This document shows positions 1 to 10,939 of a stretch of 64,000 bases of DNA, piece by piece. This stretch comes from Marsupella aquatica. Its lineage: Eukaryota > Plantae > Marchantiophyta. The position numbers and the translations under genes were made by a program. Each line of letters opens with the position of its first letter. Positions within the stretch are counted from its first letter, which is position 1. The notes under the pieces were generated by a model, which was given only the letters and a program-made list of their open reading frames with translations, made no database searches and was not told where the DNA came from. The stretch is taken from positions 643,573 through 707,572 of the forward strand of contig OZ316899.1 in assembly GCA_973895155.1 (NCBI GenBank), written 5' to 3'.

Positions 1-89
1 AAAATGCCCTGCGAGACACTCTCCATCGCTCACTTTGCAATTGATCACTGTCGTGCGCATACACATCGCTACACAACATACATTGCTTG

Positions 90-448
90 TGTCATGCCGA
101 GGGATAATGCCTCTTGTGCACATCGGCATGTCCCTCGCATGCCCGCTAGGTATGTAGTTAGGGCTAGTGTACTACTTGAATTAGTGTCATGTTCTTGTAG
201 CGAGTCTGGGCCGTTCTTGAAGCAAAGGTGTTTGTTAGTGTGATGCCTGGACCCGGTCCTACTTAGGGCATGTTTTTCTTTGCCATTTTTCAGTTCTTCT
301 TGAATCGCTGTTGATAGAGCTCAGACAGTGCTCGTCGGTTCCGTACACGGGATTCACACAGTGATTCGTTAGATGCTCCCGGCCGATCTTGGCATCCTGC
401 CGGTTTTCAATTTGATTTCAGTACAATTGTTTCTCTTACGCCTTTTAT
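90..448 (+). repeat. Terminal repeat A1 (359 bp)
   Basis: Direct repeat of 9532-9877 from tgtcatgccgaggga to ttacgccttttat, with about a dozen substitutions and one 13-bp length difference. Confidence 0.95.
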
Positions 449-2155
449 TCAAGAAGAACTGCCGAGTTGGCGGTGAGGGGAAGAAGATAGAAGACATTCT
501 CATCTCAGTTGCTTATGTCGGTTCAAACAATTTCCGTCGAAGCTAGTGCAATTTCTTTGAGCAACAATGGAGGGACGAGTTGAAATTATGGGTTCAATAT
601 GGTGTTAAGTGTATACTTAACATAAATATACACATAACCATCCCGTTGGAGCCAGACTCTTTCTTCTCGGTTGTATCCGGGGACCCTTTGCTGCTTCCGA
701 CTATGGCTGCTGGCTGCTGACTGCCACAACCTTTTTCGGGCCAATTTTGCGATGTTTTTGCAAGAGGGGCTGTCTGCATAGGGCTGCGCGCCCCTTCTTG
801 GCTGCGCCTCCCTGCGCCCTGCTACCTTCCGGCCTACTACAAGCCATGGGTTGCAGGTTGATGCCTTTACTCTTGCTCGGAGCCCCGTAAAGGGTCGCAC
901 GCCAGGTTTATTGCCGCCTCGCGAGTGTGTTTGTATTGCGCCCTTCTCCCTCTGTGTATACACATCGGGGGCGACAACCTTTCCTTACCGTTTTCTTTTC
1001 CTTTTGCTCGCCGGTACGCGCATAGGGCATCGTGCCCTCCACTCAATTAGGACTTGTTTCTTTCTTTCCCCCTCACCGTTTTCTTTCCTTTCCCCCTGTT
1101 GCCAGCACTTAATAGGGGAGAGGGAGCGAGTACAAGCGGGAGCTGAGAGGGAGAGGGCACGAGGCCCTATGAAGAACTAAGGAGGAGAGGGAGTTCATGT
1201 CGACTCCCCTCGGGAGCCTTGCAAGCATGAGGCCCAACTTACAAGGCATTAGAGGAGGGGGAAGGGAAGCGAAAGGAGGCACGAGGCCCTAGGCAACTTT
1301 AAAGTAGAGGGGGAGGGGGAGTACATTGACTCCCTTCTTTGAGGAGTACTTTCACCAGGGCACGAGGCCCACAGAAGCATTTAAGGAGGGGATTGAGGGG
1401 GAGTTCGTAGCCTCCCTCTTTGGGAGCTCATAAGGAGAAGGGGGGGGGGCGCGAAGCCCTATGCTGCACAACCCGTGCCATTAAGAGGGCTCGTTTTATT
1501 TTTGCCTTGCCTCCTCTCTTTTTGCCTTGCCTTGGGTCCCGTTCTTGCCTCTTTTGGCCTTTCTTGCTTTTTTGTTGTGTGACGATCGACTTGTTGCAGT
1601 TTCTGGGTCCACAATGGGGCCCAGATGTGTATACACATAAGGGTTGGACCCGGTTCACGTTTTTCAGGGCCCATTCTTACCGGATTCCTTTGCTGCGCCG
1701 ACATCATCTGTATACTGGTGTATACACATCAATTTGGCATATACATAGGCAAACGTGAAGGGGGCTAAATTTGCAATTTTAAGGGTCCTTTTTCTCCGGT
1801 GACGGTTTCTCCATGTTTACACATTCTACATATTTCTGTCTCGCATCGTTTGTTTCCTTTGTGGGTTACACTTCCTAGCCTTGGGGTTGCCACACCTTTT
1901 TCTTCTCAACTTCTTTCCCATTGGCACCCCGGGTGAGCATGCAGCATGTCAGCAGAGGAGCCAAGTCGTAGCAGCACATCGCCACCGACACCCAGGTAAC
2001 ATTTACGGAGTGATCCATGACCATTGGTGCCAATTTCATTGGAGTCTCGACAATTTTGACGACGTCCGCAGATAGCAGCAGCACCCACACCACGCAATCC
2101 TTCTGCTACATTTGGCGGTCGCTTCACCACTACTCCAAAGCCTGCTATCACTTCA

Positions 2156-4150
2156 TTGCCATTTACCCCTTCTACATTAGTGGTTGTTCCTGCTTCACCG
2201 ACATACAACATGGATGCCAACCACTCATCTGGCCGCATTGAACGCTTCAGCGGGCGGCCAGGCATTGTTTCTTTGCGTGAGTTCAAATCTACTTTCTACA
2301 CTGTCATTTACAAATTGGAGTTGAAGTATGGCAGCAATTTCACAAATGCTTTTGCATTTAAGCAGCTAGCCAGGTATGTGCACCATGAGCCTTTGGATGT
2401 GTATGAGCAACATTCTCAATGGCTGCTGGCTGTCACACAGATGCCTAACCCTACCTTTGCCAGTGCAATTGTGGCAGCCTCACAATTGGCCTTACAGAAT
2501 GCCATTGCAGCCCATGCTACTGCTCCAGCCACTTCCCCTCCTACTCTAGTTCCTACCACTGCGCCAGTTACTCCCATTGTCTTGGCACAGGCTACATCAG
2601 GCATTTCTCCCACCATTGATTCTCTTGCCTTTGCTGATCCAGTGGCTGAGTTTTTCCAGGTTCTTGAATTGGAATTCCCAATCAAGAGTGCTGACAAAAT
2701 CATGCAGTTGGCCACCTTTGTGAGGCAGCGCGATGAAACCTTGAAGATGATGTATCGCCGGCTTCTCAAGCTGAAGGAGGACACCTAGAGCATCACTGAC
2801 CTGGAAGCTGCTCATCACTATCTTTGCGCATTGGAGGGCACACCAGCTCTCCATTCACAAGTTTTGCAGCAAGTATTCTCAGAGTTTGGAGATAGCTACA
2901 CCCTGCTCAATGTCTATGACATTGCTGAGAAACTTGAGTTGGCCCATGCACATTATGAGGCCAGTATTGCGCGTCCACCGCGATCCAGGTACCAGGTTGT
3001 TGCCCCTACACTGGCCACTCCTTCCCGTGTGCCACAGTATGGTTCCAAAACCAAGCCAGCACATGTTGCTTTCATGCTGCCATCATGCAACTACTGTGAT
3101 AACCCCAATCACAAGGCTAATGAATGTGATATTGTTGCTGAGGACCTATCTTGTGATTTTTGCAGGAAAGTGGGCCACTTGGAGGCAGTTTGTTTTGCCA
3201 AATTCCCAGAGAGGAAGCAGCAACAACAGCAGGCCCCTCATCCTGCTCCTATTTCCACTCCCCCACCAGCTAGGAGGGCTCCTACTGCATCAGTTGCTCC
3301 TCCTTCCAGTGGCAAAGCACCCGGTGCCAACAAATCGCCCAAGCAGCAACAGAAGCAACCAGCTCAGAAGGAGGCTCACAACGCACAGGCAACTCAACTC
3401 CACTCTTTGACTCATGAGGTTGAGTCCCTACGTGCCCAACTTGCCCACATCAAAGGCAAGTCACCTGCCTCTGCTGGTCCTTCTCAACCGGTTGGTCACG
3501 TGCAACCCATCCCTGGCCCAGGCACCACTGGCAATTCAGCATCTCTACCCCGCTCTTTCTATGGCTTGCCATTTGATGCTCATATGGGTGAGTGTGTGTT
3601 GTCCTTTGCTACACAGCCTGGCCTTACAGCAGAATTTTCCAATTCATTTTGCCCTTCCTATTTTGCTTACCAACAGGCCAGTGCTACCGCCCGTATTGCT
3701 CCCACACGCCGCATTGTACAGGCTGATGGTCTTGCTGCCAGTCCTATGACTAGAGCCAGGGGAGCTCGGCCTGTCATGCCCCAATCTTTTCAGCCACTCA
3801 CACTTGCTGAAGAGCGCACCTTGTTGGCGAGGGGGGAGGGAGCTGCAGCTACACCCATTCCACCACCAAGTGTTGCTGACATTTCACAGGGAGTTGTTTC
3901 TCCTGAGCTGCTTGAGCATTTCACCTCCGGTATGGCACAAAGGATTCTTACAACTCCACTTTTCAGTTGCCATGATTTACAGCTGGATGCTAGAGCTGTC
4001 ATGAGAGTGCTAGAGGGCTCATTGCATTCTTCATCAGCCCCTGTGCCACCGGTTCTGGAGGTCCAATCTCATGTACATGCTGGACCTTCTTCTTCTCCAT
4101 TACATGCTTCCACTTGGTTTGGCTATCCCAATACCAATTTCCAGTGGTAG
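2156..4150 (+). pseudogene. gag: gag with two CCHC zinc knuckles
   Basis: ORFs 2156-2788 and 2831-4150 are in the same frame with one TAG at 2786; CNYCDNPNHKANEC and CDFCRKVGHLEAVC are both C-x2-C-x4-H-x4-C. Confidence 0.85.
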
Positions 4151-4700
4151 AGATGACAATAAAGATTGTGTGACCAGAGCTACACTTGATTCTGGTCATG
4201 TTGCTCCATCTTTCCTGGCTGTGCTATTGAGTGGGAAGACCGTGGACACTAACTCCCTTCACAAGGTACCTCATCATTTGCCAAAAGTGGTGCCTAGTGA
4301 CAGGACTTTAGTTTCCACCACCATTGCCATTGTTGACAACAGGAATTCAGCGGTCAAGTTGGAGGGTCACACTCCTCAGGTGGTCATGCTAGACACAGGC
4401 ACTCAACCAGTGATATTGGGCATTTAGTTTGCCAAGAAGATGGGATTGCTGACTGATCATTTACAGCAATCCAGGTGGCACATTCGGACTGCTAGTGGCA
4501 CTGTGGAGGATGTGCTGGGTGAGAGTTCTATTTTACTCACTCTCACTTTTAATGGAGGTACAGATCAGGAATTGCATTTCCCAGTCAGATGTTTGGTTAC
4601 CAATGCCACTACGTATGATGTGCTCATTGGCCAGGAGGCTTTGTTCCCACCAGGTTTTACCATTGACAACTGGCATGAGCATGCATACTACAGAGTTGAT
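4071..4700 (+). pseudogene. pol: pol: aspartic protease domain
   Basis: VMLDTGTQPVILG (D-T-G catalytic motif) followed later by YDVLIGQ; in-frame TAG at 4425. Confidence 0.85.
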
Positions 4701-5060
4701 TGGCACACGGATGGCTCACACTTGGGCTACATTCCACTTGATTTGCATGGTGCCCATACACCTATGGCTCACCACTATGTGTTGAAAGCAGTGCACACAG
4801 CTACCTATGTCAACCACCCATTGCAGGATTGGATTGAGGAGGATGATGATGAGGTGGCTACTGCACATGCTGCTGCACGTATAGCAACACTTTCCAGCAA
4901 CGTGGATCATCAACCAGAGGTGGTACAATGGCTCCAAGCAGCCCATGGACCTTTGGTGGCTGCATTGCGCAAATTTGAGGACCTTGGGCAGCACAATGGC
5001 CAACCAATAGCCCCAATCTTGAGCGCACCAGTTACATGGACTCCTCCTTTAGATGGCCTT

Positions 5061-6010
5061 ACATTGCTTGAGCTTTTTGGTGGCATTTCTACAGGCCTGG
5101 AAGCTCTCCTACAGTCTGGCATGGTGGTGAAGCAGTACATCTATGTGGATATTGATCTAGGTGCAAGGCAAGTGACTGAATCCCATCTGCTGGAATTTTC
5201 AGAGCGATTTCCCCAGCAGTTTCCACATAGTGCATAGAAGTCTGCATTTTCTTTCTTTCCTCCAGATATCTAGCTTGTCCAGCACCGGCACTTAACCCTT
5301 CTTGGCTCCCTTGATTTGATCATAGCTGGTTGGGAATGCCAAGGGTTTTTAGCTGCTGGTCATGGTGCTGGACTGCATGATTCTTGTTCTGGCCTTTTCA
5401 CAACATTGGTTCAGATTCTCACCTGGGCTCAATCCCTTTATCCTGCTGTTGGTTATATCATTGAGAATACTCCATCTCAGTTTGACCAGCGTCCACAGGT
5501 CAAAGAGGATTTCAGTGTGGTCCAGCACTACTTGGGACCACCCCTTCTCATTGATGCAGTGCACTGTGGTTCTTATGCACATCATCTTTGTAACTTTTGG
5601 ACTAACCTTGCACCACCTTCCTTGTTGGAGTTAGCTTTTCACCACACATCCAGGGACACTAACCTCATAGTGGACCAGATTTTGGATCCTGATAGTTCTT
5701 GCCAACCAATTACACGGCAAGAGCCAACACCTTGGTATCCAGCCAATACCATTGGACAGCCCCGTGCTGCTTGGCCTACATTTGTATCCTTTCCAGGTGC
5801 ACATGCCTTTCAGGGTGATGGTCCTGGCCTGGTTTATTGACATTCTACCGGTACTTGGGATGAACCTAGTCCTGAGGAGAGAGAACGGGCTATGGGCTTC
5901 CAATCCGGTACTACAGGCCACACCCATATCACCAGGCTGGTCAGGAATGCTTTACTTGGTAGGGTAATGGATCTTAATGCTCTCACTTGGCTTCTGGTCA
6001 CTTGCATCCT
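5061..6010 (+). pseudogene. pol-embedded C5 cytosine DNA methyltransferase domain
   Basis: One reading frame holds motif I LELFGGISTG, II YVDID, IV IAGWECQG (catalytic Cys), VI YIIEN, VIII GSYAH..FWTN, IX EPSPEERERAMGF and X RNALLG; stops at 5235, 5271 and 5838. Confidence 0.88.
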
Positions 6011-6427
6011 TTTTCAGATGTACATTCATCCAGCATCTGGAGTTCCAGCTCTACCACTCCATGGTGCTACATGGCATCCAGACTAGGTGCACTTACCTCT
6101 ATTCAACACTCACCGCTTCAGTCCAAGTGTTGGGGGGGAGGAGGTCCCTTGTAACGTGGCTGACAATTTTTCTGAGTTTCATGGTGTAGACCAACTCAAA
6201 TCAGCAGGTACAACAGGCCTTGGAGAGGTCTCATCACCTTATCAGCAGCATGCTAGCAGCTTGGACAGTGGAGAGGCTGGCACTTCTGGCTTTTCAAGCA
6301 CGAGTACATCAGGTCCTATTACTAGTGTTGCCAACTACACATTCATCATGGGCAACCACCTGAGTAAAAGACAGAAGGACCAGCTGCTGAATTTGCTTCT
6401 CAAGCATGAGAACTGTTTGCTTTCTCT

Positions 6428-7750
6428 ATGAAGGACTTGGGTAAGTGCAAGACTATGCAGTTCTCCATTGAGTTGGCTGATGAAACACCTATCTTCAGAC
6501 GGAGACACCGTTTGAGTAAGCATGAGTGGCAGCTGGTGGATGAAAGGTGCCAAGAGCTCTATGAAACTGGTCTTATTCAGCCATCTACATCAGATTTTGC
6601 AGCAGCTACAGTGATGCCAGCAAAGAAGGATTCTAGTGGATTGTGGACAAAGAAGCGCATGTGTGGGGACTACAGGCCACTGAACCTGGTCACACCCCAG
6701 GACAGGTACCCCATGCCACGGCCAGAGGAGCTATTTGATAGCATTGGAGACTCAAACATCTTCACTCTTGTGGATCTAAGGCAAGGCTTTAACCAGATTT
6801 TGCTGCTTGCAAAGGACCGCAAGAAAACAGCTTTCCATGGTAGTAACCAACTATGGGAGTGGTTGGTGATGCCATTTGGCTTGAAGAATGCGCCCATATT
6901 CTTTCAAAGAGTCACGGACCAGGTTCTTCAAGGTGCTGAGTTTCTGAAATGCTACATTGATGATGTGTGGGTCCACAGCAAAGGATTTGACCAGCATCTA
7001 CTTGACCTTGAAGAGCTATTCATGAGGCTTAAGAAGGTGAACCTAAAGATACACCCCAAGAAGTGTGAATTTGCTGTCAGATCAATAGTATACCTTGGGC
7101 ACCGCATTCTTCCAAATGGAACCATGGCTCACTGGCCAAGGTGGTATCCATCTTGCAAATGCCCACTCCTACTGATGTTCACACTCTTAGGAGCTTTATT
7201 GGGTTGTGCAATTACTACCGGATCTACATAAAAGATTTCAATACCATTGCACATCCATTGTATGCTTTGTTGAAAAAGAATGTGACTTGGACATGGAGTA
7301 CAGATGCTGAGGCAGCATTTGCCACTTTGAAGGAGAAGCTCTCAGAATACCCGGTATTGAGAAGACCTGATTTCAGCAAGGTCTTTGTGCTACACACAGA
7401 TTGGAGTGCCCTTGGGATTGGTGCCATTCTGGGCCAGCATGATGAGGAAGGTAAAGAGTACGTCATTGCCTATGCATCCAGGAGCAACAATCAGGCAGAG
7501 AGTCATTATTCTTTGTATGAGGGTGAATGCCTTGCTGTTGTGTGGGCTGTCATACATTACAGGCCCTACCTCTATGGGACCAGGTTTGTCCTCTACACCG
7601 ACCACCAGCCCTTGAAGTGGTTGATGACCAACGACAAGCTTATTGGCAAGCTTGCTCGTTGGGCGCTCATACTCCAGGAGTATGATTTTGAGGTAATTCA
7701 TAGGCCTGATGTGACACATCAAAATGCTGACACTATGCCCCGCAGCCCTT
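6428..7750 (+). pseudogene. pol: pol: Ty3/gypsy reverse transcriptase and RNase H
   Basis: RMCGDYRPLN, DRYPMP, MPFGLKNAP, YIDDV, YLGH; RNase H LHTDWS..GIGAIL, YEGECLA, TDHQPL; frameshift near 7140. Confidence 0.95.
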
Positions 7751-8039
7751 TGATTGCCTCTGATGATTCCTCAGATGCACGACAGGATTTTGACCAGGTT
7801 TCCATCTTGCCTACATTTCATGCATCTACCTATCTTGCTTTGCTGCCATGCTATGTTGTTGACCAACCTATGGTGGACATATGGGAGGACAGCGACACTC
7901 TGAGATTTATGCAGGATGGGGAGTACCCCACCCATGTTACTGCTGCCCAGAGAGACCAAATTCAGCAAAGGTCCAAGCGCTACTCGTGGAAGGGAGATCA
8001 TCTTGTGCGCTGCTTGCCAGACAGGGAAGTGGTGGTTCC

Positions 8040-9140
8040 ACCCATTCATGAGAGGGTTGGCCTTATCCGTAAGGTACATTCTGAGCTTGGTCATTTTGGT
8101 GTTAAGAGGACTTATAGCCTCTTGGTCCCCCATTATCATTGGCGAGGCATGCATGGCCAGGTTCGAGATGTTATTGCCCGGTGTGAGTAGTGTGATAGGG
8201 TAAGGACTTCTTTCACATCTCGGCAACCCACACTTCATCCACTCCCTATTTAGGGCATGTTTTATCGTTGGTCATGTGATTTGGCTGGAGAATTACCCCT
8301 CACATCTTGGGGTAATCTCTACATCATGATCATGATAGAGCATTTCTCCAAGTGGATAGAACTTGTGGCATTGCCAGATAAGACCTCCCGTAGCACCAGC
8401 CAGGCATTCCTGCAACAAGTTCTCAGCCGCTTTGGAGCTTGTGCAAAATGTCTCACTGACCAGGGCTCAAAGTTTAGAGGAGAGTTCCAGGAGCTACTTG
8501 ATCAGGCCCTCATTGATCATCGCCGGACATCACGAGATCACCCACAGGCAGATGGTTTGGCAGAACGCATGGTTCAGACAGGTCTCCGGAAGATTTGCCT
8601 CACCAAAAACAAGGAGGATTGGGACCTGGCCTTACCCTACATTGCCATGGGGTATAGGATGTCTAGACATGCATCATTGTCTAACTTTTCTCCCTACTTC
8701 TTGTTGTTTGGTCGTCACCCAGTTCCACCTTCCGCTATTGCTGCTCACATGCTTCAGGTGGTGGACTTGGATTCAACTGTGACTTGGTCTGATGTGATCT
8801 ATGAGAGGGCTGCCCTATTCAGGAGGGTTATGCCCATGGCCATGGAGAATTTGGCCATTGCACAGCATAGAGACACACTGCGTTATGCACACACACAAGG
8901 GGGCACTTTTCAGCCCAAGGTCAGGAAGTTTGATGTGGGAGATTTTGTGTACTTGCAATGGCAAGCTAACAACACCCTGGACACCTCTACCAGTCGTACC
9001 ATTCTCAGGGTTAAGGCTATTCAACCGTCTGGAGTGCTAGAGTTACAAGGGGCAGATGGGCGCACAATTGCTGACAATGCCAAGAATTGTGCCCCTTGTC
9101 ATCTACCTAACCTGGATCCCACCATTGTGACTTCTACTTG
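8040..9140 (+). pseudogene. pol: pol: DDE integrase
   Basis: HHCC zinc finger (HSELGH..C..C), core WSCDLAG / TDQG / GLAERM, then FGRHP and a C-terminal VGDFVYL segment; TAG stops at 8188 and 8251. Confidence 0.92.
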
Positions 9141-9149
9141 GATTCCACC

Positions 9150-9314
9150 TGTGGACTACCCTTGCAAAGTGTGTTTGCGAATTGATGATGCTGACCAGAT
9201 GCTGCTTTGTGATAATTGCAATGGAGGATACCATCTTTTCTGCCTTTGGCCTGAACTTACCCAGGTGCCAGAAGGGTTATGGTTTGCCCTTCCTGTGCTC
9301 CACGTGCTACCTGA
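9150..9314 (+). pseudogene. PHD finger at the integrase C-terminus
   Basis: CKVC...LLCDNCNGGYHLFCL...PEGLWF; restoring one deleted T in tggtttgccc gives the closing CPSC and TGA at 9312, completing C4HC3. Confidence 0.88.
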
Positions 9315-9346
9315 CTTTTCTTCAGCCCTCCTTTTGGCTGTGGTTT

Positions 9347-9353
9347 GGGGGGG
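9347..9353 (+). promoter_or_regulatory. Putative polypurine tract (G7) directly before repeat B1
   Basis: ggggggg immediately precedes atacagagg, the start of B1. Confidence 0.5.
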
Positions 9354-9529
9354 ATACAGAGGTTTACACCTCCACTACGTACATACCACCTCAGTTGCTT
9401 TTTCTTGGCACTTGTGAATGTCATTGGACTTTTTCTAAGGATGTTGGTTGCTATCAGCTTGCACATATGCATTGCCGGTGACTTGTATGTTTTTCATACA
9501 CTATGGCTACGATACTATATGTCATGACA
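9354..9529 (+). repeat. Terminal repeat B1 (176 bp)
   Basis: Direct repeat of 9878-10053 with about 6-7 differences; ends tgtcatgaca. Confidence 0.95.
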
Positions 9530-9531
9530 GC

Positions 9532-9877
9532 TGTCATGCCGAGGGACAGTGCCTCTTGTGCACATCGGCATGTCCCTCGCATGCCCACTAGGTATGTAGT
9601 TAGGGCTAGTGTACTACTTGAGTTAGTGTCATGTTCTTGTAGCGAGTCTAGGCCGTTCTTGAAGCAAAGGTGTTTGTTAGTGTGATGCCTGGACTCGATC
9701 CTACTTAGAACCCATTTTTCTGTTCTTCTTGAATCGCTGTTGATAGAGCTCAAACAGTGCTCGTCGGTTCCGTACACGGGATTCACACAGTGATTCGTTA
9801 GATGCTCCCGACCAATCTTGGCATCCTGCCGGTTTTCAATTCGATTTCAGTACAATTGTTTCTCTTACGCCTTTTAT
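9532..9877 (+). repeat. Terminal repeat A2 (346 bp)
   Basis: Copy of 90-448; starts TG two bases (GC) after the CA end of B1. Confidence 0.95.
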
Positions 9878-10053
9878 ATACAGAGGTTTACACCTCCACT
9901 ACGTACATACCACCTCAGTTGCTTTTTCTTGGCACTTGTGAATGTGATTGGACTTTTTCTAAGGATGTTGGTTGCTAGCAGCTTGCACATATGCATTGCC
10001 GGTGACTTGTATGTTTTCGATACACTATGGCTACGATACTATATATCACGACA
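9878..10053 (+). repeat. Terminal repeat B2 (176 bp)
   Basis: Copy of 9354-9529; ends CA and is followed by the TSD CTTG. Confidence 0.95.
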
Positions 10054-10482
10054 CTTGTCACATACATCCAGACATAGTCACACTGCCACGTCACAAACAC
10101 AAGAGAATGGAATACAAGTGGACTCATGTCCACACATGTCCAAAACCCACAATAACCTTCACAACAATCGGAACAATGATTGACGCCAACAATAGGCACT
10201 CAATCCCGTCCGATCCAATCACACACATATGTCGAGCCAACACACCTTGCACTCAAGGAATCCACGCTATAGAGAGAGAGCTTTTAGCCACGATAGCCAC
10301 CACACAAGCTCTCCTCTCCAAGGCTCAACATTGAAAGATAACCTTTCAATGCCTCACAAGAGAGAACTACCCTCTCACACAAACCTAATGGAACCTTATC
10401 GGCTCATATAGCACATATACCAAACATACGGATCTAGATAGTACGATACACTCTAACACTACCTAGAATGGTGTGACATCAC

Positions 10483-10870
10483 ACATCTCAATGAGCGATA
10501 CTAATTTCATCGCAACTCCCATTTGCAATGCGTATCCCATCTCAATCACTTGCGATACTTCATTACTCACAAACTATTTGCGATGCCATTTCCGTTCGGC
10601 CGGTTTGCAAACATTGCGTCATCACCAATATCTTGCGATCTTACTAGTCCCAAACTATTGCAAGTAATTGTGCCTCGCTTGTTGCATTGTGATACATTCT
10701 TGATCGCAAGTTTGTGAACAGAAATAAATGGCACATTTGAAACAATAAACATTGCAATATCATCCTTAGGCAAAAAATTGTGCGACATAGCATTGCTTGC
10801 AAAGTTACAATGCGGGTTGATTTGCAAGATTGCAAGGGTATGGGCATGGAAAGTAGCAAATGTTATCAAA
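10483..10870. repeat. Cluster of TTGCAA/TTGCGA motifs in both orientations
   Basis: Many ttgcaa, ttgcga and tcgcaa hexamers; resembles a subterminal repeat field of an unidentified DNA transposon. Confidence 0.4.
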
Positions 10871-10939
10871 TCGGAAACATTCAGTAAAGGTATTGCAAAG
10901 GGAATTTATTCGCAAAATGGGTCACAAAAGATACTAAGG

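Larger units (their letters stand above)
90..10053 (+). mobile_element. Ty3/gypsy-type retrotransposon with DNMT and PHD domains and split direct terminal repeats
   Basis: Termini TGTCATG (90) and CACGACA (10053); TSD CTTG at 86-89 and 10054-10057; domain order Gag-PR-DNMT-RT-RNaseH-IN-PHD; terminal repeats arranged A1...B1-A2-B2. Confidence 0.92.
49..10478. mobile_element. Probable solo LTR (about 460 bp: 49-89 plus 10058-10478) split by the gypsy insertion
   Basis: Begins TGTC at 49 and ends GACA at 10478; TCAC flanks both sides (45-48 and 10479-10482). A 4-bp match could be chance. Confidence 0.4.

Noticed and set aside
467-480. tggcggtgag as a tRNA PBS
   Set aside because: It is about 20 nt from the end of repeat A1 and I cannot match it to a specific tRNA 3' end.
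90-10053. Classification as a DIRS/Ngaro/PAT tyrosine-recombinase element because of the split repeats and methyltransferase
   Set aside because: No tyrosine recombinase motifs were seen; it has an aspartic protease, HHCC-DDE integrase, TG...CA ends and a TSD, and its MTase is C5-type rather than the DIRS adenine-MTase-like domain.
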